DNA from: Escherichia coli
GTDB taxonomy: Bacteria; Pseudomonadota; Gammaproteobacteria; Enterobacterales; Enterobacteriaceae
Reading direction: 5' to 3' (one strand)
DNA: 64,000 nt
Assembly (NCBI RefSeq): GCF_044324785.1
Contig: NZ_CP172127.1
The position numbers and the translations under genes were made by a program. This document shows positions 22,249-35,371 of this stretch, in pieces. The notes under the pieces were generated by a model. The model was given only the letters and a program-made list of their open reading frames with translations. It was not told the origin of the DNA and ran no database searches. Every line of letters starts with the position of its first letter. Within the stretch, counting starts at the first letter, position 1.

Positions 22249-23412
22249 ATGTTTGTAGAAGCATTGAAACGCCAGAACCCGGCGCTAATTTCCGCCGCAC
22301 TAAGCTTGTGGCAAAAGGGCAAGATCGCCCCGGACAGCTGGGTGATCGACGTGGATCAGATACTGGAAAACGGTAAGCGGCTGATTGAGACGGCGCGGCT
22401 TTACGGCATTGAACTGTATCTGATGACCAAGCAGTTTGGTCGTAATCCGTGGCTGGCGGAAAAACTGCTGCCATTAGGCTACAGCGGCATTGTGGCGGTG
22501 GATTACAAAGAGGCGCGAGTCATGCGCCGCGCCGGTTTGCCGGTGGCGCATCAGGGGCATCTGGTACAAATCCCTTGTCATCAGGTTGCTGACGCCGTTG
22601 CACAGGGCACCGACGTCATCACCGTGTTTACTCTCGACAAAGCGCGGGAAGTTTCTGCGGCAGCGGTGAAGGCCGGACGTGTGCAGTCTGTGCTGCTCAA
22701 AGTTTATAGCGACGATGATTTTCTTTATCCGGGGCAGGAGAGCGGTTTTGTACAGCATTCGCTGCACGAGGTGGTTGCTGAAATTAAGAAACTGCCGGGG
22801 TTGCATTTAGCTGGACTAACCCATTTCCCTTGCCTGCTTTGGGATGAGGCTGCCGGGAAAGTTTTGCCGACACCGAATCTTCACACGCTGATACAGGCAC
22901 GGGATCAACTGGCGAAATCTGGTATTGCGATTGAGCAACTGAACGCACCTTCTGCGACCAGCTGCACTTCGCTGCCATTGCTGGCGGAATACGGTGTGAC
23001 TCATGCCGAACCCGGTCATGCGCTGACGGGCACTATTCCGGCAAACCAGCAGGGCGATCAGCCTGAACGTATCGCGATGCTCTGGTTAAGTGAAATCTCC
23101 CATCATTTCCGTGGCGACAGCTACTGCTACGGCGGCGGTTACTACCGTCGTGGTCATGCGCAACATGCGCTGGTGTTTACGCCAGAAAATCAAAAGATTA
23201 CTGAAACCAATCTCAAAGCCGTGGATGACAGCAGTATCGACTACACCCTGCCGCTGGCAGGTGAGTTTCCGGTAAGCAGTGCAGTAGTGCTCTGTTTTCG
23301 CACGCAGATTTTTGTCACCCGTAGCGATGTGGTGTTGCTGTCCGGTATTCACCGTGGCGAACCAGAAATCGTCGGTCGTTATGACAGTCTTGGAAACTCT
23401 CTGGGGGCGTAA
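22249..23412 (+). CDS. yhfX: alanine-racemase-fold PLP-dependent protein, substrate unknown
   Basis: ORF track 387 aa. Confidence 0.82.
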   Translation: MFVEALKRQNPALISAALSLWQKGKIAPDSWVIDVDQILENGKRLIETARLYGIELYLMTKQFGRNPWLAEKLLPLGYSGIVAVDYKEARVMRRAGLPVAHQGHLVQIPCHQVADAVAQGTDVITVFTLDKAREVSAAAVKAGRVQSVLLKVYSDDDFLYPGQESGFVQHSLHEVVAEIKKLPGLHLAGLTHFPCLLWDEAAGKVLPTPNLHTLIQARDQLAKSGIAIEQLNAPSATSCTSLPLLAEYGVTHAEPGHALTGTIPANQQGDQPERIAMLWLSEISHHFRGDSYCYGGGYYRRGHAQHALVFTPENQKITETNLKAVDDSSIDYTLPLAGEFPVSSAVVLCFRTQIFVTRSDVVLLSGIHRGEPEIVGRYDSLGNSLGA

Positions 23413-24638
23413 TGGCGCGATTTGTGGTGTTAGTGATTGATAGCTTTGGCGTAGGGGCAATGAAAGATGTCACGTTGGTGCGTCCGCAGGATGCCGGGGC
23501 GAATACCTGTGGTCACATCCTGAGCCAGTTGCCGCATTTGCAGCTACCAGCGCTGGAGAAGCTGGGGCTAATCAACGCATTGGGTTATGCACCAGGTGAT
23601 ATGCAGCCGTCAGACTCCGCAACTTGGGGTGTGGCAGAGCTGCAACATGAAGGTGGCGATACCTTTATGGGGCATCAGGAAATTTTAGGCACGCGCCCGT
23701 TACCGCCGCTGCGGATGCCCTTTCGTGATGTGATTGACCGTGTTGAGCAGGCATTAGTTTCCGCTGGCTGGCTGGTTGAGCGTCGTGGCGATGATCTGCA
23801 ATTTCTGTGGGTCAATCAGGCGGTTGCGATTGGCGATAATCTCGAGGCGGATTTAGGCCAGGTCTATAACATCACCGCCAATCTCTCTGTGATCTCTTTT
23901 GACGACGCAATCAAAATTGGTCGTATTGTGCGTGAGCAGGTACAGGTCGGTCGGGTCATTACATTTGGTGGCCTGTTAACCGACAGTCAACGCATTCTCG
24001 ATGCCGCAGAAAGCAAAGAAGGGCGCTTTATTGGTATCAATGCGCCGCGTTCTGGCGCTTATGACAACGGCTTCCAGGTCGTGCATATGGGCTACGGTGT
24101 CGATGAGAAAGTGCAGGTGCCGCAAAAACTGTATGAAGCGGGCGTGCCAACCGTGCTGGTGGGTAAGGTGGCGGATATTGTCAGCAATCCTTATGGCGTG
24201 AGCTGGCAAAACCTGGTGGATAGCCAACGGATTATGGATATCACTCTCAACGAATTTAACACCCATCCGACGGCGTTTATTTGTACCAATATCCAGGAAA
24301 CCGACCTCGCTGGTCATGCAGAAGACGTCGCACGTTATGCCGAACGTTTGCAGGTCGTTGACCGTAACCTTGCCCGGCTTATTGAGGCGATGCAGCCAGA
24401 TGATTGCCTGGTCGTGATGGCGGATCACGGTAACGATCCGACCATTGGTCACAGCCACCATACCCGCGAAGTGGTGCCAGTGCTGGTTTATCAGCAAGGG
24501 ATGGTCGCTACGCAGCTCGGTGTGCGCACCACGCTTTCTGATGTGGGGGCTACCGTGTGTGAATTTTTCCGTGCGCCACCGCCACAAAATGGTCGCTCTT
24601 TTCTTTCCTCCCTCCGGTTTGCAGGAGACACCCTATGA
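23412..24638 (+). CDS. yhfW: phosphopentomutase-like metalloenzyme, putative mutase
   Basis: ORF track 408 aa; N-terminus [17 protein letters not shown] resembles the DeoB-type metal-binding start. Confidence 0.82.
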   Translation: MARFVVLVIDSFGVGAMKDVTLVRPQDAGANTCGHILSQLPHLQLPALEKLGLINALGYAPGDMQPSDSATWGVAELQHEGGDTFMGHQEILGTRPLPPLRMPFRDVIDRVEQALVSAGWLVERRGDDLQFLWVNQAVAIGDNLEADLGQVYNITANLSVISFDDAIKIGRIVREQVQVGRVITFGGLLTDSQRILDAAESKEGRFIGINAPRSGAYDNGFQVVHMGYGVDEKVQVPQKLYEAGVPTVLVGKVADIVSNPYGVSWQNLVDSQRIMDITLNEFNTHPTAFICTNIQETDLAGHAEDVARYAERLQVVDRNLARLIEAMQPDDCLVVMADHGNDPTIGHSHHTREVVPVLVYQQGMVATQLGVRTTLSDVGATVCEFFRAPPPQNGRSFLSSLRFAGDTL

Positions 24639-25513
24639 GTATTGATCCGACGGGTTACACCCTCGCCCATGAGCATCTGCATATTGATCTCTCCGGCTTT
24701 AAAAACAACGTGGACTGCCGCCTTGATCAGTATGCGTTCATTTGCCAGGAGATGAACGACCTGATGGCCCAGGGCGTGCGTAATGTGATTGAGATGACCA
24801 ACCGTTACATGGGGCGAAATGCGCAATTTATGCTCGATGTGATGCACGAAACTGGCATCAACGTGGTGGCCTGTACCGGTTATTACCAGGATGCGTTTTT
24901 CCCGCAACATGTGGCGACCCGCAGCGTACAGGAACTGGCGCAGGAGATGGTCGATGAAATTGATCAGGGTATCGATGGCACGGAACTGAAAGCCGGGATC
25001 ATCGCGGAGATCGGCTCCAGCGAAGGGAAGATTACGCCGCTGGAAGAGAAGGTGTTTATTGCCGCCGCGCTGGCACATAACCAGACCGGACGCCCGATCT
25101 CCACGCATACGTCGTTCAGCACGATGGGGCTGGAACAACTGGCTCTGTTGCAAGCCCACGGAGTTAATCTTTCGCGCGTCACCGTTGGTCACTGCGATCT
25201 GAAAGACAACCTCGACAACATTTTGAAGATGATCGATCTCGGCGCGTATGTGCAGTTCGACACCATCGGCAAGAACAGTTACTACCCGGACGAAAGGCGC
25301 ATTGCGATGCTCCACGCGCTACGTGACCGTGGTTTGCTGAACCGCGTCATGCTGTCGATGGATATTACGCGCCGCTCCCATTTAAAAGCCAACGGTGGTT
25401 ATGGCTATGACTATTTATTGACCACCTTTATTCCGCAATTGCGCCAGTCAGGATTCAGTCAGGCCGATGTGGATGTGATGTTACGTGAAACTCCCTCTCA
25501 ATTTTTCCAATAA
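24635..25513 (+). CDS. php: phosphotriesterase-homology protein (amidohydrolase superfamily)
   Basis: ORF track 292 aa; N-terminal HxH metal motif ([14 protein letters not shown]). Confidence 0.9.
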   Translation: MSIDPTGYTLAHEHLHIDLSGFKNNVDCRLDQYAFICQEMNDLMAQGVRNVIEMTNRYMGRNAQFMLDVMHETGINVVACTGYYQDAFFPQHVATRSVQELAQEMVDEIDQGIDGTELKAGIIAEIGSSEGKITPLEEKVFIAAALAHNQTGRPISTHTSFSTMGLEQLALLQAHGVNLSRVTVGHCDLKDNLDNILKMIDLGAYVQFDTIGKNSYYPDERRIAMLHALRDRGLLNRVMLSMDITRRSHLKANGGYGYDYLLTTFIPQLRQSGFSQADVDVMLRETPSQFFQ

Positions 25514-25523
25514 GGACAGACTC

Positions 25524-25877
25524 ATGAAAAAGATTGGTGTTGCAGGCTTACAGCGTGAGCAGATTAAAAAAACCATTGAAGCGACGGCTCCTGGCTGTTT
25601 TGAAGTTTTCATTCACAACGACATGGAAGCGGCAATGAAAGTCAAATCCGGGCAACTGGATTACTACATCGGCGCGTGTAATACCGGTGCGGGCGCGGCA
25701 TTGTCGATTGCCATCGCGGTGATTGGCTATAACAAAAGTTGCACCATTGCCAAACCAGGCATTAAAGCGAAAGACGAACATATCGCCAAAATGATCGCCG
25801 AAGGGAAAGTGGCGTTTGGGCTTTCCGTTGAGCACGTCGAACACGCGATTCCGATGCTGATTAACCATCTGAAATAA
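25524..25877 (+). CDS. yhfU: small conserved protein of unknown function
   Basis: ORF track 130 aa trimmed to MKKIGVAGLQ (117 aa). Confidence 0.78.
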   Translation: MKKIGVAGLQREQIKKTIEATAPGCFEVFIHNDMEAAMKVKSGQLDYYIGACNTGAGAALSIAIAVIGYNKSCTIAKPGIKAKDEHIAKMIAEGKVAFGLSVEHVEHAIPMLINHLK

Positions 25878-25888
25878 AAGGCACGACT

Positions 25889-27193
25889 ATGGATCTGTAT
25901 ATTCAGATTATCGTGGTGGCGTGCCTGACGGGTATGACATCGCTTCTGGCGCATCGCTCGGCGGCCGTTTTTCATGACGGTATCCGCCCGATCCTGCCGC
26001 AACTGATTGAAGGCTATATGAACCGTCGCGAGGCGGGGAGTATCGCTTTTGGTCTGAGCATTGGTTTTGTGGCTTCGGTGGGGATCTCTTTTACCCTGAA
26101 AACCGGACTGCTCAACGCATGGTTACTCTTTCTTCCTACCGATATCCTCGGCGTACTGGCGATAAACAGCCTGATGGCGTTTGGTCTTGGCGCTATCTGG
26201 GGCGTGTTGATCCTTACTTGCCTGTTACCGGTAAACCAGCTGCTGACCGCGCTACCGGTGGATGTATTAGGTAGCCTGGGGGAATTAAGCTCGCCGGTGG
26301 TTTCAGCTTTTGCACTGTTCCCGTTGGTGGCGATTTTCTACCAGTTTGGCTGGAAGCAAAGTCTGATCGCCGCCGTGGTGGTACTGATGACCCGTGTGGT
26401 GGTAGTGCGCTATTTCCCGCATCTCAATCCGGAATCCATCGAAATCTTTATTGGCATGGTGATGCTGCTGGGGATCGCGATAACTCACGACCTGCGTCAT
26501 CGTGATGAAAATGATATTGATGCCAGCGGGCTTTCGGTGTTTGAAGAACGCACGTCGCGGATTATCAAAAACTTACCGTATATCGCTATTGTCGGGGCGC
26601 TGATTGCCGCCGTTGCCAGCATGAAGATTTTTGCTGGCAGTGAAGTGTCGATCTTCACACTGGAGAAAGCATATTCCGCAGGCGTAACGCCGGAACAATC
26701 ACAAACGCTGATTAACCAGGCAGCTCTGGCGGAATTTATGCGCGGGCTGGGTTTTGTACCGTTGATTGCCACCACCGCGTTAGCCACTGGTGTGTATGCA
26801 GTTGCGGGCTTTACCTTTGTTTATGCGGTGGGCTATCTCTCGCCGAATCCGATGGTTGCAGCGGTATTAGGCGCAGTGGTTATTTCGGCGGAAGTCCTGC
26901 TGCTTCGTTCGATCGGCAAATGGCTGGGGCGCTATCCGTCGGTGCGTAATGCGTCAGATAACATCCGTAACGCCATGAATATGCTGATGGAAGTGGCGTT
27001 GCTGGTCGGTTCGATTTTCGCAGCAATTAAAATGGCGGGTTATACCGGATTTTCTATCGCAGTTGCCATTTACTTCCTCAACGAATCCCTGGGCCGTCCG
27101 GTACAGAAAATGGCGGCACCGGTCGTGGCAGTAATGATCACCGGTATTCTGCTGAATGTTCTTTACTGGTTTGGCCTGTTCGTTCCGGCTTAA
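25889..27193 (+). CDS. yhfT: polytopic inner-membrane protein (putative transporter)
   Basis: ORF track 434 aa, hydrophobic throughout. Confidence 0.85.
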   Translation: MDLYIQIIVVACLTGMTSLLAHRSAAVFHDGIRPILPQLIEGYMNRREAGSIAFGLSIGFVASVGISFTLKTGLLNAWLLFLPTDILGVLAINSLMAFGLGAIWGVLILTCLLPVNQLLTALPVDVLGSLGELSSPVVSAFALFPLVAIFYQFGWKQSLIAAVVVLMTRVVVVRYFPHLNPESIEIFIGMVMLLGIAITHDLRHRDENDIDASGLSVFEERTSRIIKNLPYIAIVGALIAAVASMKIFAGSEVSIFTLEKAYSAGVTPEQSQTLINQAALAEFMRGLGFVPLIATTALATGVYAVAGFTFVYAVGYLSPNPMVAAVLGAVVISAEVLLLRSIGKWLGRYPSVRNASDNIRNAMNMLMEVALLVGSIFAAIKMAGYTGFSIAVAIYFLNESLGRPVQKMAAPVVAVMITGILLNVLYWFGLFVPA

Positions 27194-27204
27194 GGAAGGC
27201 ACCT

Positions 27205-28290
27205 ATGAAGACGTATCCTTTGCAAAGCCTGACGCTTATTGAGGCGCAGCAAAAGCAGTTTGCGCTGGTGGACACGATTTGCCGCCATTTTCCCGGCAGC
27301 GAGTTTCTTACCCGCGGGGATTTGGGCTTAACGCCGGGGCTGAATCAACCGCGCATTACCCAGCGAGTGGAACAGGTGCTGGCTGATGCATTTCACGCAC
27401 AGGCTGCGGCGCTGGTACAGGGCGCGGGTACTGGCGCGATCCGTGCGGCGTTGGCGGCTTTGCTCATACCGGGGCAGCGTCTTCTGGTGCATGACGCGCC
27501 TGTTTACCCGACGACTCAGGTCATTATTGAGCAGATGGGGCTGACGCTTATTACTGCTAATTTCAATGACCTGTCGGCACTTAAGCAGGTCGTCGAAGAG
27601 CAACAACCGGATGCGGCTCTGGTGCAGCATACGCGCCAGCAGCCGCAGGACGGGTACATTCTGGCAGATGTGCTGGCAACGTTGCGCTCGGCTGGCGTTC
27701 CTGCATTAACCGATGACAACTATGCGGTGATGAAGGTAGCGCGAATTGGCTGCGAATGCGGGGCAAATGTCTCGACTTTTTCCTGCTTCAAGCTGTTTGG
27801 GCCGGAGGGTGTTGGCGCGGTGGTAGGCGATGCCGATGTTATTAGTCGGATTCGCGCCACGCTCTACTCCGGCGGCAGCCAGATTCAGGGCGCTCAGGCG
27901 TTGGAAGTCTTGCGTGGGCTGGTGTTTGCGCCAGTGATGCACGCGGTGCAGGCGGGGGTATCTGAACGGTTGCTGGCCTTGCTCAACGGTGGTGCAGTTC
28001 CGGAAGTGAAAAGCGCCGTCATTGCCAATGCACAGTCGAAGGTGTTGATTGTCGAGTTTCATCAGCCGATTGCCGCCAGAGTGCTGGAAGAGGCGCAAAA
28101 GCGCGGTGCCTTGCCTTACCCGGTTGGTGCAGAGTCGAAATATGAAGTTCCGCCACTTTTTTATCGACTTTCCGGAACGTTTCGCCAGGCGAATCCGCAA
28201 CTCGAACATTACGCGATTCGTATTAACCCAAATCGCAGCGGTGAAGAGACGGTGCTGCGGATTTTGCGTGAGAGTATTGCGAGTATTTAA
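27205..28290 (+). CDS. yhfS: conserved protein of unknown function (possibly PLP-dependent; uncertain)
   Basis: ORF track 361 aa; last gene of the yhf block. Confidence 0.8.
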   Translation: MKTYPLQSLTLIEAQQKQFALVDTICRHFPGSEFLTRGDLGLTPGLNQPRITQRVEQVLADAFHAQAAALVQGAGTGAIRAALAALLIPGQRLLVHDAPVYPTTQVIIEQMGLTLITANFNDLSALKQVVEEQQPDAALVQHTRQQPQDGYILADVLATLRSAGVPALTDDNYAVMKVARIGCECGANVSTFSCFKLFGPEGVGAVVGDADVISRIRATLYSGGSQIQGAQALEVLRGLVFAPVMHAVQAGVSERLLALLNGGAVPEVKSAVIANAQSKVLIVEFHQPIAARVLEEAQKRGALPYPVGAESKYEVPPLFYRLSGTFRQANPQLEHYAIRINPNRSGEETVLRILRESIASI

Positions 28291-28326
28291 TGCTGGATAG
28301 CCCCGTTCGGCAATCAAGCTAAATTC

Positions 28327-28395
28327 AGCGCCGGACGGTCCCCGCAACGCGCCAGCATCGCCGGATGCGATGCTGGCGCATCTTATCCGGCCTAC
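28327..28395. repeat. REP/BIME element between convergent yhfS and frlR
   Basis: cgccggatgcgatgctggcgcatcttatccggcctac matches the canonical REP palindrome; partial second unit upstream. Confidence 0.75.
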
Positions 28396-28397
28396 GG

Positions 28398-29129
28398 TTA
28401 ATGTCTTTTATTATCAATCGTTAAGGTGATGCGGTTGGCGCGGCAGAAGAGTTCGGAGACGTGCACCGGTTTGTTATTCTGATCAAAGGCGATTTTGCTG
28501 ATGCGAAACAGCGGTTCGCCCAGTTCGCATTTCAGCCATTTTGCCTGCGGGCGGGTGGCGGCAAAAATATCGATAGTCTTTTTATCGCTGACCACTCGCG
28601 TGTCAAAACGCTCCTGAAATAACTGATAGGTGGAGCTTCCTTCGACGTAAATCTCATCAAAGTCAGGATAACGCGACAGCGGGATCCAGGAACTATCAAT
28701 AAACAGCGGCTCTTTATCGAGATACATCACCCGGCAAAGATGGAACACTTCGCTGTTACCGGGGATGTTCAGCTTTTCGCAAAACGGCGCGGCGCTGACC
28801 CGTTCCTGTTCGATCACTTTCTCTTTCGTCGCCTTGCCTTGTGAGACGCCAAAATCGGTAAAACCACTGACAGTAAGCAGGGCGTTTTCAACTTTCTGGC
28901 TTTGTACAAAGGTGCCTTTGCCCTGCCAGCGGATCAGTACGCCGTCTGCCACTAAGTCGCTGATGGCTTTGCGAATGGTAATGCGGCTGACGTTATATTG
29001 CGTACAAAGCTCGTTTTCGGTAGGGATCTGTTGCCCGGCCTGGTAAACCCCCTGCGCGATATCATCCAGCAACCGCTGGCGGACGGTAGCGTAGAGGAGT
29101 TGATGAGAGTAGCGGTCCGTAGCTGACAT
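28398..29129 (-). CDS. frlR: GntR-family transcriptional regulator of the fructoselysine operon
   Basis: ORF track 265 aa trimmed to MSATDRYSHQLLYATV (243 aa); N-terminal HTH. Confidence 0.88.
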   Translation of the reverse strand: MSATDRYSHQLLYATVRQRLLDDIAQGVYQAGQQIPTENELCTQYNVSRITIRKAISDLVADGVLIRWQGKGTFVQSQKVENALLTVSGFTDFGVSQGKATKEKVIEQERVSAAPFCEKLNIPGNSEVFHLCRVMYLDKEPLFIDSSWIPLSRYPDFDEIYVEGSSTYQLFQERFDTRVVSDKKTIDIFAATRPQAKWLKCELGEPLFRISKIAFDQNNKPVHVSELFCRANRITLTIDNKRH

Positions 29130-29228
29130 AATCGACCCTGAAATAAAGAATGAATTACACGGATTATAGGGTCGTTTTCCGGCAAGTAACAGCATGTTGG
29201 CGTGAAGATGCTCACGCCAACGTTATGC

Positions 29229-30014
29229 CTACCAGGCACCGTGGTACTGAATAGTTTGTGCCGCGCACGCCGTTCCCTGCGCCATCGCCTGCGGTAATGT
29301 CATCCCCGCAGACCAGCCGCAAAGGAATCCGGCAATGAACGAATCTCCGGCACCCATGGTGTCGATAACCGTCACCGGTTCAGGATCCTGACGCCAGAAC
29401 TGCGCGCCATCCCAGGCAATACTGCCGTTTTCACCCAGCGTGACAATCACCACGCCTGCGCCACGGGCAACAATCGCCTTCATCTTCAGACGTAACGCTT
29501 CGTCTTCTTGCGGCGCGGAGGCAAAGGCAAAATCGAGATGCGGCACCAGTGTCTGCCAGAGCGGGCTGTCCCACTTGTCGGAGAAGTCGAAAGCGGTAAG
29601 TTTTCCCGCTGCGTGCAGGTGCGGGAATGCGTCCTCCGCATGTCCCCAGATTGCCGCGTGCACAATGTCATATTGCGCCAGCCAGGCGTAATCCTCTTCG
29701 CTCAGGGCAAAGTCGGCCATCACGCCTTCGGTGTAGTCGCCAAAAACGCGATCGTTGTCGTGCAGTTCCACCTGAGTTTGTGCGGTAACGCCGTGTTTCG
29801 TATGGACATGGCTGATATCGACGTCCATGCGGGCAAGATCCTGCTTCAGCTTTGTGCCGTAGTCATCATCTCCCACCCAGGTAATGCATCCCGGCTTTAT
29901 GCCGTAGCGAGTGCAGTACACCGCCACGTTCACCGCATTACCGCCAGAAAACGCTTTATTCAGTTGCGGGTAGATATCGACGCAGTTATCGCCGATTGTC
30001 GCCAGGTTTTTCAT
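29229..30014 (-). CDS. frlD: fructoselysine 6-kinase (PfkB-family sugar kinase)
   Basis: ORF track 261 aa; PfkB C-terminal motif DTMGAGDSF. Confidence 0.9.
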   Translation of the reverse strand: MKNLATIGDNCVDIYPQLNKAFSGGNAVNVAVYCTRYGIKPGCITWVGDDDYGTKLKQDLARMDVDISHVHTKHGVTAQTQVELHDNDRVFGDYTEGVMADFALSEEDYAWLAQYDIVHAAIWGHAEDAFPHLHAAGKLTAFDFSDKWDSPLWQTLVPHLDFAFASAPQEDEALRLKMKAIVARGAGVVIVTLGENGSIAWDGAQFWRQDPEPVTVIDTMGAGDSFIAGFLCGWSAGMTLPQAMAQGTACAAQTIQYHGAW

Positions 30015-30841
30015 CTCGCATCCTCCGGCAGCAGCGCGCGAAAGCGTTCCAGCGCCTGGCGAGCGTAGAGTCTGGGTTCGTTCATATACATCGTTACCAG
30101 TTCCACTGTGCAGTACCCCTCATAACCCCGGTCGATAATATCGCGCATCAACTCCCGCAGCGGCATTTTGCCTTCGCCGGGAATGTAATGCGTGTCGCTG
30201 GCCCCGTCGCTGTCGACAATATGCAAATGACGCAATTTATCGCCCAGTTTGTCGAAATAACTCATCACCGGTTCCGCCTGGACATACGGCGCACAAATGT
30301 CGACCATGCTGAACAGACGCGGCGAAGGCACCAGCGCCAGCGCATGAAGCACATCATTGGCATTACACACGACGTTCGATTCATACGGCGTTAACGGTTC
30401 GAGGATCAGATCCATGCCGATGTTTTCCGCGTACTCACACAGTTCGCTTAGGTTCTCTGCCAGCCGCCCCCAGATAACGTTAGGCGGCGTGAGATAACCC
30501 GCGTGGGCCGCGGAAATCAGCGTATAACCGGCGTTCATCTCTTTTGCCATATCCATCGCCAGCTTGATCATGTCGAGGCTTTCGCGACGCATATGTTCAT
30601 CGCCCAGCATCATGTTATACGGATAGCCATTAGTTTCTGGCGTATAACCGACAATCGGCATCTGATACGTCTGCGCCAGCGCTTTAATGTGTTTGATGCC
30701 GCCCGCTTTTAAGTCCGGCGCGAACGCGTGCGGGCGACCGCCCCAAATTTCGATGCCGTCGTAACCCAGCTCGCTTGCATCACGAAATGCTTGTTCAATA
30801 GGCAGCCGCTGGTGGCCGCAGGTAAACATACCTGTTTTCAT
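30011..30841 (-). CDS. frlC: fructoselysine 3-epimerase (xylose-isomerase-like TIM barrel)
   Basis: ORF track 324 aa trimmed to [16 protein letters not shown] (276 aa). Confidence 0.88.
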   Translation of the reverse strand: MKTGMFTCGHQRLPIEQAFRDASELGYDGIEIWGGRPHAFAPDLKAGGIKHIKALAQTYQMPIVGYTPETNGYPYNMMLGDEHMRRESLDMIKLAMDMAKEMNAGYTLISAAHAGYLTPPNVIWGRLAENLSELCEYAENIGMDLILEPLTPYESNVVCNANDVLHALALVPSPRLFSMVDICAPYVQAEPVMSYFDKLGDKLRHLHIVDSDGASDTHYIPGEGKMPLRELMRDIIDRGYEGYCTVELVTMYMNEPRLYARQALERFRALLPEDAR

Positions 30842-30890
30842 CGGGTAACTCCTTGCGTAAATCCGGCCCGTTGCCGGGCCGGGAGAGGGA

Positions 30891-31913
30891 TTAATATTCC
30901 ACCAGACCACCGTAATAGCGGCGTTCATCCGGGTTGTGATCTTTGTAAATAGACAGGTAGTAGCAGAGCCACTCCATCGGCACAAACATCAGGAACGGTG
31001 CCAGCCACGGGTGCAGCCCTTGCGAAATTTCGGCGTAATCAATGACGATCACGTTGTCAGTACGCTGTTTAACAAAGTTAATGGCGCGTTCGGTGGTGTG
31101 GCGACTTTCGTCATTGCCGAGCAGGAACAGGAACGGAACGCCCGGCTCGACAATTTCCAGTGGGCCGTGGCGGAACTCTCCGCTTTCGATCACGCAGCCG
31201 TGCGTCCAGGTAAATTCCATTAGCGTTACAATGCCTTCTTTGTAACCCAGCGGGCGCAGCGGGCCTGCGGCAACCGTGTAAATCATCGGCCACTGGCTGG
31301 CCTGTTCACCAAGCTGGCGGCCTTTTTCTTCCCAGGTGCGTACCAGATGACCGAGCGCATTCGGCAGCTGTTTGAGATCGTTTTTGATCTTGCCGATTTC
31401 CGCGTTCGGCGCGAGGCGGGTGATCATCTCCAGCACCACGCTGTAGCAGAGCAGCAGATGAATTTCCCAAATACAGTCGGCCTGATAATCAATGCTAAAT
31501 TCCGCCGCCGAGGTAATCGGGCTGTCCGCGCGTTTGGTGAACGCCGCAGTGAGCGCGCCGCAGGCCCGGCCCAGCTCCAGCGCTTTGATCACCTCTTCGG
31601 TTTTACCGTAGTCAGAAACGCCAATCACCGCGCAACGATTGTCGAGGCGATACGGGGTGTTATCGCAGAACTCCCAGCCGGAAATGGCGTAGACCTGAAG
31701 ATCGGAAAAGCGATCCGCCAGATGTTTCGCCGTTTGCGCCGCGTTGAGTGGCGATCCGCAGGCAACGAAATAAATACGATTAATGTCGCGCTTCACCATC
31801 TCTTCCACGATGGCATGCACCAGCGGAACGTCATGGCTGAGAACTTTTTCCACTTCCTGAACCATATTTTCGGTGACCAGAAAGTCCACGGTGCTTTTAT
31901 CAATATCCAACAT
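30891..31913 (-). CDS. frlB: fructoselysine-6-phosphate deglycase (SIS-domain protein)
   Basis: ORF track 347 aa trimmed to [11 protein letters not shown] (340 aa). Confidence 0.88.
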   Translation of the reverse strand: MLDIDKSTVDFLVTENMVQEVEKVLSHDVPLVHAIVEEMVKRDINRIYFVACGSPLNAAQTAKHLADRFSDLQVYAISGWEFCDNTPYRLDNRCAVIGVSDYGKTEEVIKALELGRACGALTAAFTKRADSPITSAAEFSIDYQADCIWEIHLLLCYSVVLEMITRLAPNAEIGKIKNDLKQLPNALGHLVRTWEEKGRQLGEQASQWPMIYTVAAGPLRPLGYKEGIVTLMEFTWTHGCVIESGEFRHGPLEIVEPGVPFLFLLGNDESRHTTERAINFVKQRTDNVIVIDYAEISQGLHPWLAPFLMFVPMEWLCYYLSIYKDHNPDERRYYGGLVEY

Positions 31914-31933
31914 TTTATTTTCTCCAGATAACA

Positions 31934-33322
<1,389 letters not shown>

Positions 33323-33565
33323 TTAAAAGATAACATGACAATGCATGATGAATATAACAACATATGATGTTATGTAATGTGGAGGAAGATCACAAAATTT
33401 CGCACAGGATCGCGCTGTGGCTAATGGATGTAGTTATCAAATTGAATTTAAAGTGAAAATATTTTTACGGGCGGGGGCAAGAAGGACATAGAAACAAATA
33501 CGCCCTCGGAAAATCCAGAGGGCGTCGGGCAATTAAACCGGTGTTAGCCGATTTCTGTCAGAGAC

Positions 33566-33733
33566 TTACTGTGCAGTAGGACCGCAACCGCCAATGATTT
33601 TAGAAATAGAAATTGCCGGGTGCAGCAGGTAGTCGTAAGAGCAGTTCTTATCACGGTTTTCAATATGACCAGTACATGCAGTTAACGTAGCCAGTACCGC
33701 ACCTACCAGTGCAACTTTAATAAATTTGTTCAT
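33566..33733 (-). CDS. yhfL: small lipoprotein (55 aa)
   Basis: Hand translation: MNKFIKVALVGAVLATLTACTGHIENRDKNCSYDYLLHPAISISKIIGGCGPTAQ*; lipobox LTAC; below the 60-aa size of the ORF track. Confidence 0.8.
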   Translation of the reverse strand: MNKFIKVALVGAVLATLTACTGHIENRDKNCSYDYLLHPAISISKIIGGCGPTAQ

Positions 33734-33979
33734 TTACATTCCCTATGTATTATATATTGATTAATATTCATTGTTTATATGAATATAAGCAGACTGCTCA
33801 TTAAGAACGATACAGGAATATTTAATTGGCGTCAGTGAGTGAATGGCTTAATTTTGTAAGTCGCTGTAACGGTGAATATAACCCATTAGCAGATAATATT
33901 TATTAAGGGGTTATGTTTTATTTGCTGAATATATAAAAAGAGTCATTAAGAAGGCCAGAATTCTCTGGCCCGGGTTACA

Positions 33980-35353
33980 TTAATGGTTGGAGAACCAGTT
34001 CAGTTTATCGCGCAGGCCAACAACCCGACCAATAATAATTAGCGATGGACTGTTCATTTGCTGCGCTAGTTCGCCCAGCTGTGTGAGCGTACCGTCAATC
34101 ACGCGCTGCGTGACTGCTGTTCCGTTTTCGACAATTGCCACCGGCATTTCGCCAGGCATACCGTGTTCAATCAGCTTTTGCTGAATGGTCGCGGCCTGAT
34201 TCAGCCCCATATAGAACACCAGCGTCTGTTTTTCTGCCGCCAGGTTTTCCCAGTCCAGCTCGCCACCGGTTTTTAAGTGTCCGGTAATTAAGCGTACGCT
34301 CTGGGCATAATCGCGATGCGTGAGCGGAATACCCGAATAGGCAGAGCAACCAGAAGCTGCGGTAATACCCGGAACCACCGAGAACGGAATACCCGCGTTG
34401 CACAGTGTTTCCAGCTCTTCGCCACCACGGCCAAAAATAAACGGATCGCCACCTTTCAGCCGCACCACGCGTTTGCCTTTTTGCGCTTCCCGCAGCAGGA
34501 TCTGGTTTATCTCTTCCTGCGGTACGCAGTGGTATCCCGCGCGTTTGCCGACGAAAACGCGATCAGCATCGCGGCGTACCAGATTCATAATATCGTCAGA
34601 AACTAGACGGTCGTAGACCACCACATCTGCCTGCTGAATTTGTTGCAGACCTTTCAGTGTCAGCAGCCCGGCATCGCCCGGACCTGCGCCAACCAGCACC
34701 ACTTCACCGCGATGGTCGAGCGGTTCGTTGATTAACTGTTCGGTCGTTTCAGTAATGGCTTTCTGATCGTTGTTTGCCAGCGACTGCGCCAGACGGTCAT
34801 TAACGAACAGTTTTTCCCAGAAACGGCGACGTTCACCCATTGTTGCGAACTGTTGTTTCACTCGACCGCGTAATTGCCCGGCGTATTTCGCTACCTGGCC
34901 CAGATGCAACGGCAGCAGTGATTCAAGTTTTTCACGCAACAGGCGTGCCAGAACCGGAGAGGTGCCGCCAGAGGAGACCGCGACCATGAGCGGTGAGCGG
35001 TCAATAATCGACGGCATAATAAAGCTGGCGGCTTTCGGCGCATCGACCACGTTACAGAAGATGCGACGAGCTTCAGCGGCTTCACTGACGCGCTGGTTAA
35101 GCGCGTCATCATCCGTCGCAGCAATCGCCAGCCAGCAGGTGTCGAGAAGGCTTTCATCAAATGGCCCTTCGACGAGGGTTAACATGCCTGCATCTGCCCA
35201 TGCGGTGAACTGCGGAATAAACGCTAATGCATTCACCGTTAAGCGAGCGCCTGCGTCTAACAGTAACCTTGCTTTGCGTTCCGCGACATCACCACCGCCG
35301 ACAATCAGACAGTCGCGATCGCGTAATTGGCAAAATATAGGCAAATGATCCAC
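33980..35353 (-). CDS. cysG: siroheme synthase (uroporphyrinogen-III methyltransferase / dehydrogenase / ferrochelatase)
   Basis: ORF track 457 aa; methyltransferase motif [18 protein letters not shown]. Confidence 0.95.
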
Positions 35354-35371
35354 GTAAAAACCCCTTAGTAA

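Noticed and set aside
33323-33979. AT-rich islet as a horizontally acquired genomic island or prophage remnant
   Set aside because: There is no integrase, tRNA or phage gene, and flanking gene order is the conserved core arrangement; the segment is too short and contains only yhfL.
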